A DNA stretch of 64,000 nucleotides from Trichoplax adhaerens. Taxonomy: Eukaryota; Animalia; Placozoa. Positions 53,150 to 64,000 of the stretch are shown here, in pieces. The position numbers were made by a program, and so were the translations under genes. The notes beneath the pieces are model-generated. The model saw only the letters and a program-made list of their open reading frames with translations. It did no database searches and was not told the DNA's origin. The first letter of the stretch is position 1. Every line of letters starts with the position of its first letter. The stretch lies in NCBI RefSeq assembly GCF_000150275.1, contig NW_002060973.1, positions 124,001 through 188,000 on the forward strand. The letters are read 5' to 3'.

Positions 53150-56100
53150 TTGTTTCCCAGAGCTTCCTCTTTATTAATAATGTCTAACGAGAACAATTCA
53201 ATACAACACAAGAGATGAACATGTCACAATAGCTAGGACATTGCATGCAACATTCAATTCTTTCACCGCCCGACTAATTATATTACCTTACGGTTAATTC
53301 AAAGCCAGCCATTTGATCATCTAGCTGTACATCGAGCAAAACTCTCCATCTCTAATTGATCTAGACCTAGCCAAGGACCAAATCCAGCCAAATTTTCTTA
53401 ACGTTATCCTTCAGGTAAGAGGCATTTTATTTCCATCTTGATGGTCCATTCTGTGATAGAAATGAGTTATCATATTGCTACACATGAGATTATAGTTAGT
53501 AATAGTGAATTAATGATATTTTATCCTATCACATCTTTTTGATTGCCCTAAGAAATGCGTATTTTCCTCATCAACACGAATTATCGTCTTGTTTTATCTT
53601 CACTTAGTCTTTACAGACAATGAGTTGATTTTACCTCATTTACTTTGCTGCTACAATACAAGCAACCGTTGACGACGCTATTAATCATCATTCTTAGAAC
53701 ATGCAAAAAGTTAACCTGTTCTTGATTTGAGAGTTAGTGATAATTCTATCATTTATAAAGAATCATTTTTATAAAGATTGTTCAACCAAAACCATACAAC
53801 CATGATTTACTATCGCAAAGATTAAAAGGAGAAATTGATACCAGTTGCGGAGGAGAGATCGTTTCCTCCTATAGACTACTATAGGTAAAAGTAGAGAAAA
53901 TTCCTTAGTTAGATACATCATTAGATGACCATTTTCTTATGGCGTAAGGGAAATTTTATTATTGCAACTTCTATAATTATTGCAAACACATACCAGCGCA
54001 GTAAATAACGCATTTCGGATACATTAATTAAAGGCCATCGGATCTAATTATTATCCACGAAAAAGGAGTATTTCTTGTTGATGATTGCCGCTTTCTTCTT
54101 GTTGCCCAAAAAATACGCCTAAGGTTACGATTGGATTGAGTGTATTTTACAATCAACTAAGCCTTAATCTTAGGGATTCATCCATTCTTATAGAATTGAA
54201 CTTGTTCTATCCACAGTAATTGCAATCTTATACACTCTGAATTACTTTCGTGCCTTTTCATCGCTAATGTAGAGTGAAAATTATGATAACGCATCTTGAA
54301 ATTCGCATCAAGATAGTATACATATGGCATAGAAGATCCAGACTTGGCGATGATCCCATATAGTTTACGTATGCAATAGTCTATAATGCAGAAAGTTGAC
54401 AAAATTGCGCTACTTATTACACCTAGTTGGCGAGAGTAAAGTATGATTACCAGTTGCTAGGTCATAATTGGGCCAACTCATATAAATTTGACGACATTAT
54501 AGATAGGAAGGACCCTAACTTAGAGTTGTATTTTATTCTAAACAACATCAGTGCTATTCAACGCAATCGTGTGGATCCGAATTGAAATGCGCTGGTTTCT
54601 ATTGGTTAGCATAATAAAATCTGCAATATTCCATTCTGCTTTTTTTAGTAAACGGAATAATTTACGCAAAGAATAATGGATGTGATTTCTATATAATGGC
54701 CGAAGTTTATATCACGTTCTACGGTCTACAAAATAATGCTGGCCGAACTACTATACATCAGCAATCTATACTTATATTTATAGGCTAAAGTTTATTTTGA
54801 CGCATTATAGTTTAAAAATACAACCGGTATAATCATAACGGTAGTCTAGATTTGCAAATTAAAATTTTTATCTTTGTCAGTAATCTAGATTTACAGTCCG
54901 TTGTATTTGCGATACGATATGCTCTAGATATGACGTTTAGAGTATGAATAATGATATCAGGTGCATTGCCATTTCGTGAAATCTGTCAAGATTCGATTAG
55001 ACCTGTTTTTCTTAAGATAATGCTATCAAAATAATAAATATTGTAGTTTACTATTAGTGTTAGTTACCTATAGTTTTAGCGGTAAACTGTTTACAACATG
55101 CGTATTACTATTTCAGCAGCAGTATCCTAAATAGTGTGAAAGACATTCTACTCCAGCATGACTATTATCAATGAGTGTTAGTTTAATCTCTTCTCTAATT
55201 ACCAACTGGTTAATAAAGTAGAAAATACTAGTTACTAGTATCAGAAAAATTACAATTATAATCATTGCAGTTTAGATGATGATCTTGACCCTGTCTTTAG
55301 AACGACAATAAATGAAACAATCAACGCTACAGAGGAACAATTCCCATCAATCTGAATAGATTCTATCCCACTGTTAGCCTCCTGCTGTAACAATTACTCG
55401 ACTAATCCGTAAGGGATGGATGGCTTAACGCAGCATATACGATATCATAAATAAATATAGTGTATTAATATTCACAGCATAGAATAGAACAGTAAAATTA
55501 ATCATGGTTGCGTCGATTCAATAGTAGGCAATGATAGGAACATCAACGCCATCCATAGGATATTTTTCTAGCCTTTATAGTTCGAATAATTTAGAGGTAC
55601 AAGTCTAAGATTGATATTTTATAATTTACTTATGGTAAACTCAACTACCGTAAATTACATTTTTTGTTAGTATAGATTTTAGTAATTAATCATCATCATC
55701 ATATATCTACTCTACCCTTTCAATTGATCAGTTTGATTATCGGCCTTGTTATGACGTTCTTAATTTCAATATATTCTCATAATTATAGCTAGTGATTAGT
55801 CGATTAAAAAATTATCATTTCAAGATTATCATCTAAATATTAGCTCCCAATAGAAGAGTAACCATATGAATCAACGTTGGCTGGCTATAACGTCATTTCC
55901 TCTTCCGCCGGTAGTATATTCCTTTCCGTTTAACTAGTAAATTGTTTTATTTTAATCAAGATACTATGAAAATTAGCTTGGTGTCTAAAATACTTCTTAA
56001 CATTAAATAGTCGATTAAGAATGGAAAGTTAAGGCGATGATTTAGGACTTATGTACGCGTATATACGGATAAATACTCATCCACACTATTACTATAATCT

Positions 56101-57884
56101 CGATCCCATTTCACAATCCTACTATCATCTCATCATCCTTTTACCTACCATGGACTGTACATATAATTCGTATATCTAACCCCTCCCTCCTTCCGTATTC
56201 TTGATCTAACGGAAGATAAATAGACTCTGATGGACATGGATGTTCCAATTTTATCATCTATCATCTTTTTATATATTTTACTATAATTTCCTTTAATGTT
56301 TGCCAGCATTTTTTTCCCTGAAAGATCAAATAGAAATAAAAAAGACTAATTTAGTGTAGTCAACCGTTAACAGATGGCTTCTATGCGGATACCATGGAGT
56401 TGGAGTTCATAAACACCTTGAGCGGTGTCGACAGATCAAAGAAGACTTATACTAGGCAGGGGATCTAACATGTAAAATAGTAAACCGACTTCATATTGTT
56501 TCTCGTTTGAAATGCGCCTCAGTTAACGTCTGTAAAATAACAATCTATTTCATACTAACCACACAATTATTCAATCATATTGTATGGATAGTTTGTCGCC
56601 AAAATTGTGTAACATTATTAATTAACAGTCTATCAAATCGTTGATCGTATTACAGGATCGCAGTTAATTATACCCCATTGAAATGATCCTAGCTAGTTAG
56701 CGTCGATCTTGCTCAGAAGGCCGTTTTAACCTTAGATTTAGATGTAGTTAGGCAATCTTAGGATAGATGCAATGATCTGATTCATCTATGTCTTATGCTG
56801 CTAATTTAATTTTCTTTAGTTTGTCTCCCTATAGTCGTCTACTTTGATTTTAAGATGTTATATAGGCTTACATTTTATTGTCTTGGTTATGTCCGGACGA
56901 TACAAAAGATATTTCTAAATGCCCTCCCCCATTAGCCTTTGCCCTAATTAATCTGCTTGTTAGTTATCCATTCCATTTCAATTAATAAAGAATTACATCA
57001 GCAACATTATCAGTCTGCCAGCCTATCATTCAGCCTGTCCTTCTTCTTCCTGTTTAAATTTATTTCTCTTTTATCTTACTATCCTCAACTCTTAGCCACT
57101 GGTATCAATTTCCCTTCATTTTTTCGACATGTAAATAGGCTAGATTCTGAATCATTTTACGTCTATATTATCATTATTCTATCTTGACAATCTACTTGAT
57201 ATTCTTATAAAATAACCATTACGGAAAATGATACAATTTCAATAATTATTTGCGTCTGTGATCCAGCTAAATTTAATAGCGTATTAATATATTTTATCAT
57301 AAAGGTTACATTTATTTAGTTATTAGTATTGATCGATTAAATTATTAGTTTCCTTCATGGAGTAAATTTCTGTTACAATTACTGTTAAGAGTTTTTGCTA
57401 TTGCGCTGCTCTTACCTACTGGGGCTAGGGATTAAGGTTAAGAAATTTACTTCCATACTTTTTTAAATAATTAAGAAGAAAGATCGAAGAATTTATGGTG
57501 ACATATTGCTTAGATTGATGAGAGTGATTGGAAATTTATTTTTATGTATCGATGGGATGGAATATTGATTCCCTGCTTTCTCGATGATAATTCATCATCA
57601 AGTGACTTTGTTAGCGTGAAGATTACTTTCACTTAAATTAGTTATTTAGAGCAGTTTTAACCGTAAATAATGATATTCTCATACGAAAAGTTCGTTACCT
57701 AGTTGCGCCAAAAATGTTTTATTAAAATATTGAATACAAATTATCATTCTATGTTTTATTCTTCGAAACTACACTCTCTTTGAGATAGCTTTATTGGTAT
57801 TATCAACAAGCTTTATCCTCTATTTCACTGGTTAATTTATAGTCAATTAATGTAAAAGTCTAGATCTATTGATGTTGTTTTTAG
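53150..57884 (+). other. Putative non-coding first exon of Dlx (ending 53414) and a long 5'UTR intron 53415-57884
   Basis: Consensus donor CAG|GTAAGA at 53415 after a less AT-rich segment; acceptor GTTGTTTTTAG ending at 57884, 150 nt upstream of the Dlx ATG. The pairing is inferred. Confidence 0.35.
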
Positions 57885-58034
57885 GATTTGTTTACAACTA
57901 ATCCATTTATATTTTTCATTTGTCAACAACAGAATTACAGATTAAGCAAGTAGCCACAGCTCTTGACGTGAATAACCAAATATTTACTTTTGATCCTTTG
58001 GCGTCAATCTTAAGTAACTGAAAATTTATAACAC

Positions 58035-59532
58035 ATGGATCCAGCTTCCAAATCTGCTTTCGTTGAAGTTAAACAACCATCACTTTATCCACCAATGCCA
58101 TGTTTCCACCCGGTTACTAATCAAAATTCAAAAATGGAGTCTCTCTTTTCTTCTCACTATACACCAAATCATCGATTTGATTTTAATCAACAAACGCCAA
58201 TGCAATCAAATCATTCTTACCTTTCTTCTTATTCCAATGCTGCTAAATCGGTAATGGCTAATACGCCGCTAGCAGTTACTCCATATGTTAGCAATTCAAG
58301 CGGTCCTTATTCATCCATATCAAATCAATTAGCAAATAGTGTTACTGTTGGAAATAACAGCGGTGGTAATAACAGTAGCAGTAGTAGTCTTGCTAGTAAT
58401 AATACTAGCAGCCACGCGAATGGGACCAATAGTACAAGCAGCAACAGCAGTAATGGACATCATCATTCGCAAGGTACGTATCTGTATATTTAATGAAGCT
58501 AAGAATATATATTTTGAATATGCCAATTTTAAGAAGATTATAATTGGAGCATCGCGCTTAGACGATATTTTTAGCGGATTTTTACACTATTGAATTTTCG
58601 ATTTTGAAAAATATTTTGTTCAATATGCGTCTAGTAATATTCTCATGCTATATATAAAAAACAAATAAAACATGTCGATTTTATAAAGATCAAGCTTGAA
58701 TTATAGCCGTAATTTAGGCTAAAGAGAAAGCCTAGTAGTTCCAAATAGATCTTACTTTTAATAGATACAATTTAAATATTTTTAATCACATCACTTCAGA
58801 TACAAATTATAATTTAGATTGCAAAGAAATAATACAAAATAAAGATTGATGTTTATCTAATATAAATGATTTCAGTTTTAACCGCATTACTATAAAAAAA
58901 CAGATTATAATTTAGCGTAGGAAGCAATGGTATAAAGTAATAATTTTATTCTACTATACGCAGTTTTACAGTAAGTGCTTTAGCTCAACCAGAGGTAAAA
59001 TTACAAATTGGTATGGAAAGCAGCGCTACAACCATTGAATCAGTATTTCTGAAGATTAACAAATTTTATTCCTTTTTCAATTTCAGAGAAAACAGGCAAT
59101 CATAAACCAAGAAATAATAAAGGAAAAAAGAATCGTAAACCCCGCACCATCTTTACCAGTGCACAATTAAACGAATTAAATAACCGATTTCGTCTATCGC
59201 ATTATTTGGGATTACCAGAACGAGCAGATTTAGCTGCTTCACTTGGCCTAACACAAACTCAAGTCAAAATATGGTTTCAAAATAGGCGATCTAAGCTGAA
59301 AAAATCAACTGGAGGCCGCGGTTATCCGTCATCTCATTCTTTGTCCAATCAATTAATGCAAAATCAATCGTGGAATATTCAATCACATCATAATAGTAGT
59401 TTTCCGTCTATTGCTCACGCACAAGCTGCAGCCCAACCCTGGTATATGCATAATCCTTCCGTCATCCATAGTATTCCATCGCAAGCTGTGGAATCACTCC
59501 AAGCTTCTCAACATCAACTCTTTCCCAATTAA
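58035..59532 (+). CDS. Dlx: Distal-less class homeobox transcription factor, about 294 aa; exons 58035-58473 and 59087-59532
   Basis: N-terminal SKSAFVEV motif, phase-1 intron 58474-59086, then [88 protein letters not shown] is diagnostic of Dlx. Confidence 0.96.
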
Positions 59533-62500
59533 ATTATAAATCCACGCTAAATGTAGCAAGGCATTGACAGGTCGTTTAGCTATGACAAATTTATAAAATT
59601 AAAAAAACTGATCCAGCCATGATATTAAAGTATTTACTATGGGATTAATAACTGAAAAGAAACGTTGAATATTGGTCTTGTTATTGAAGTCGTATCCTAG
59701 TTATTCTCCCTGCAAAGTTGTCCTATTAATTGAAATAAATATAAGATTACTGATAACATCAATGATAAATACTGTTATCAATGATGAAGATACACCGTGT
59801 ATCGTAATTAACTAACTCCAACCTAGTGATCGAAACTCTTCATTACTTATGTTGTCATTCAATCCATCATTTTCAAACACTTTTATTAATCGTAATTAAA
59901 TCGCTAATTAACTAATTATTATTATTATTATTATACAAACATACATCTATAGAGAGAGAGATAGATCTATATGAATTAAACCTGATTTATTAATGATGTG
60001 TACTTACACTCAGATCGGCCATGCTTTCCCCTTTTCTATTTTATCCTATTCGCAAGGACGATGATATTACCGCAAATTGTTTGGTTACTTCATCAATTCG
60101 TGAAAGCGCCAACATAAGGCACTCATTAATTTTTCTTAACATTGAACTTTTTATGTCCAATTCTTAACTATCATCATTGAATTACATCTTGTAAATCTAA
60201 GGAGAGTTAACATCAACAATTATTATCGTTCTCGTTCACTGCAAATGCGCATGGTATTGCAGAATAGAAGAGAAAATGCTTTGTTTGACAACACTAATTC
60301 CACATTTTAACGCGGGTTATCTGCAAATAATCGAACTTTTTAATTTTGAATTATGTTTATTTACACGATTGTTGGAAACGTATTGTAAGGTTTGCTGGAA
60401 TGTACTAGTGTTGATTTGCTCTGATATACATACATATATATATATACATATATATTATCCTAAACGGTTGTTTAATATTGAATACTACAACGATATATCT
60501 AAATTGTAAGTAAGGTGATCAGAATTTTTGACGCTGCATAATTACAACCTGTAAAAGCTAATGGGTAAATCTTAATTGATTACTGCAGCTTGCATCGATT
60601 AAATTTGTTTATTCTGCACTTTATGCTTAAATTTACAATGAAAATAAAAGCATGTCATTTAGGCATTCTAATTTGTCTGCCATTACCAACTATAAGCAAG
60701 CTTTGCTTTTACCATGCATGAAATCTACTTAGGGAGTGATATTATCAGCCAACATAAGCTGATATTTCGATAGTTCTTGGTTTTACAAGCACGTTTTCTA
60801 TATCAAAACGTAGTAATAATTACACAGTCTTATGAAGATTCTTAGCGTGCTAACTTAATGTATTGATTTTATCCAATGATGAAATTATAATCTCGCAATT
60901 ATTAGCTTCCTATAATCTGCCGAGATGATTATTAAGACCCTTATCCGTACTATATGTTTCGATTGGATTATTTAATTTATTTAGATAAAGTTTAGCGACT
61001 TGTCATTATAATAGAAAAATTTCGAGATTTAATGCTCGTCAAGGAATTTCATAAATTTAATAAGGAAATTTTTTCTATCCTTCAGCACTAATTAAATTGG
61101 CTTGATAGAGTCGGTTATCGCTATTTAATTAGATAATACTCATATCTGTATTTTTATCGATATGTCATTCTAACACGGCCAATTATAATTTTATCATCAT
61201 GATAATTTATTTGATTGATTAATATTTTTACAGTCTCAGGTTTCCACACAACTAAAAGTGCTGTTGATTACCGAACGCTAGACTTAAATCAGGTTCGTTA
61301 GTTATTCTTGAATAGGAATGTGATTATTTTTATGGGCCAAAGGACTGCTAATATTCTCAAAAGCTTTACCCTACCTCGATGTTTTTTAACTTCTTGCATA
61401 GGTTTACTATGATGCGACTAAGAGGCGATTTAATCACTCTTTCTATACTCTATAAATTTTAAATGCGTTAGTTGTAAGGAAATTTATGCATGGAAATTAC
61501 AAAGTAATCATGCATTCTGCTTGTTATGATTGAGGCAGTGTGTAAGTATAATAGCCTATCTAACCTTAATATGCAATTATTTAATTTTAAATATGCAAAT
61601 TTGCAGTATCTTGTAGACTCGAAAGCTGCTGGTGATTTATACATAAGCTGCAGAAAGCAATGATTAACGTTAACGAACCCAAATTTATTTTAACATTATG
61701 ATAAAATGAATACAGTAATGGCCCTACTATTAGGTCGACTATTGTGTGATGCATATATGATTATATAATAATGAGGTACGATTACTGCGAAGATGATAGC
61801 TATTACGCTAATGATCGAAATTGGAGCGTAGTATGGAAGATTAATCTTTGTAATAGCAATGATCTTAGGTGATTATTGGGCAAATTAATTAATGATACTA
61901 TTCATTGTTGTTGTCATAAGCACTTCGTCCCATCATTAAAGATTATTAACTATAGATGCTTCCGTAACTTTACTTGAGATAATTACAAAGGTGTAATACA
62001 TAACAGTGAAGAGTTTAAGAGACGTATATCTAATGGGATAATTAGTGTTTTGATATTATCGCTTAGTAGTGTTGATTAAAATTCAGTTACACTTCCTTTA
62101 AGCTGACAGCCTCATATGGAAATAGAGAAAGTTATTCTTTTCGTCTATAGAATTACATCCTATCTTTGCACCATCCCTATCCTGAATTTCTTCTTTGCCG
62201 CTGTGATAATATGAAGAAAAGTTTATTACATAATCATTTGTAGCACACTTTCCCCTAGTGCACAATTTGACGGATTCTTCAGCTTTTTGAAGTGGCTATG
62301 GCCTTCAGAACATAAGGCGAATAGATGTTATACTTTATATAATAATAATTGTACTAGTATCACAAGCTAGCTAGAAAGAGATCTAAGACAGACGTAAAGT
62401 ATTTGCCGAGTTAACTTTGTGCTTTTGCCTTATTCGATGCATAAGTATTAAGAAACTACGGTAGAAGCAAAGTAAGATTACTATCGGTTAATTGCATCAA

Positions 62501-64000
62501 ATGCGGGTGGAAGAGAGTAGTACATTGGCATTTAATTATTGTATCTAGCTATTGATGAAGTATTTCTACTCAGTTTTGACGTATATACTACAATATTTCA
62601 TACTCATGGAAGTATTTCTATTAAACTGCCTTACAGCAGTTTTGTTGTTTGATCTTACTGTAATAAAACTAATTAGCAGCTTTTCGGATATCTGTCGAAT
62701 GATTACGACACATTATGTATCCAGTCAAATCTTGATCCCTTTCAATAGCGGCAAAAAAATAGCGCCTAAATACGCTTAAAAACATTTTTCACTTTTTTTA
62801 CTATTTTCTCGTTATAACAGGTAAAATCACTCGGACTTTCGTACAGTACCGGTGGCCCATTCTTCTCTGCTGCCGTTGATGAAGGCGTTTCTGCTATATT
62901 ACTATAATCTATTCGTCGAGTAACAAATGCCCGCTAAGCAATGACAGTTTATTAGCGGCAAGTTAATCAATAATAAATTAAAGGTTGATAGTAATTACTA
63001 TTTCGAACTCTGTCCTTCGCTGATCGTATGACTCATTTAGTATTATAAAGGAGATTGAAACACCCAAGCATAATGAAATAGCCAAGCTGTGAAGATATCC
63101 TTCCTTCTATCGTTGTCAATCGGCTGTAGTTTTGCATAGCGCCGCAGTCGATCAGCAAGAAACAAAGGCTAAATAGGAGGACAATTAATTCTGAGCTTCT
63201 CAGAAAATGAGACTCCTGCTGTCGACAAGACATTCATCATGAAAACATTCACTATGAATCGAATTATATTGAAATTCGCGCTTCCTAATTCTGAATTTGA
63301 CATAGTTGCAATGAGTCATAACTAGATAAAGAAACAAAATTAAGGCAAGCTAATGACGGCAACAAATTTCACCGATGTCAGAAATGGTGAAAATGACTCA
63401 ATTGCAATCCTGCTGCTCAATCTATAGCACAATCGTTGATATTCGAAAGAGGATAGCTCTGTAGAATTCTACCGCTAAAACCGATGATGAGTGATCAAGT
63501 TATATGGGCTATAACGAATTTAAATGTCTCTATAAAACAAGAGGATCATTAAAATTTTGCCATATTATTCATTTACTACAACTATTATTATTTTATTGTG
63601 TAGTAATTATACATAGAAAAAACGTTTATCAATCTGTCTACCTAAAACGTCTTCGGTGAATATAAGTTAGATTGGAAAAATTAAATTGGATCTCATCTAA
63701 TTGGGTTTTATTCCATTGGAAAGAGAAATGAAAAAGGTTCAAGTCAGTTCGATTGCATACGATTATACGAAAGATAAAGCAGTAGTATGGCTACAAATAA
63801 TTTACATGCGGAAGAAATCTACATTTAGAGGTTCGTCATCCACTTGATTGGCTTCCTGCTTGTGCTATAATCGTCAAATTTGAAAGCTGTCCGACATCAT
63901 TAATTACCTCAGTAGGTAGTATTTTCCTTTTGTTTAATTTCTGCTTAATGGAGAAACATGACGCCTGCATGTCTGCATGATGGAAACAAAGCCATTGAAT

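Noticed and set aside
59916-60455. Short (TAT)n, (AG)n and (TA)n microsatellites
   Set aside because: Ordinary low-complexity tracts with no evident function.

Overview
AT-rich, compact eukaryotic DNA with short GT-AG introns, most consistent with a placozoan such as Trichoplax (inferred from composition, intron sizes and gene content; not proven). Six protein-coding genes were reconstructed by hand-splicing. (1) An L1-family Ig cell adhesion molecule (+, 6287-10324; 6 Ig + 5 FN3 + TM + SFIGEY ankyrin-type motif). (2) A three-KH poly(rC)-binding protein PCBP (+, 24396-29544, 13 coding exons). (3) ORC2 (-, 30217-34766, about 17 short exons, largely missed by the ORF track). (4) CDV3 (+, 36749-39367, 8 exons), head-to-head with ORC2. 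(5) A periplasmic-binding-protein-fold gene with an uninterrupted CDS, of Ca3427/NMT1-SsuA type (-, 42081-42962). (6) A Dlx homeobox gene (+, 58035-59532) behind about 15 kb of apparently non-coding DNA. Notable non-coding signals are clusters and perfect palindromes of a TACAGT/ACTGTA word at putative housekeeping promoters, plus several short direct or tandem repeats. No tRNA, rRNA, CRISPR array or intact transposon was recognised.
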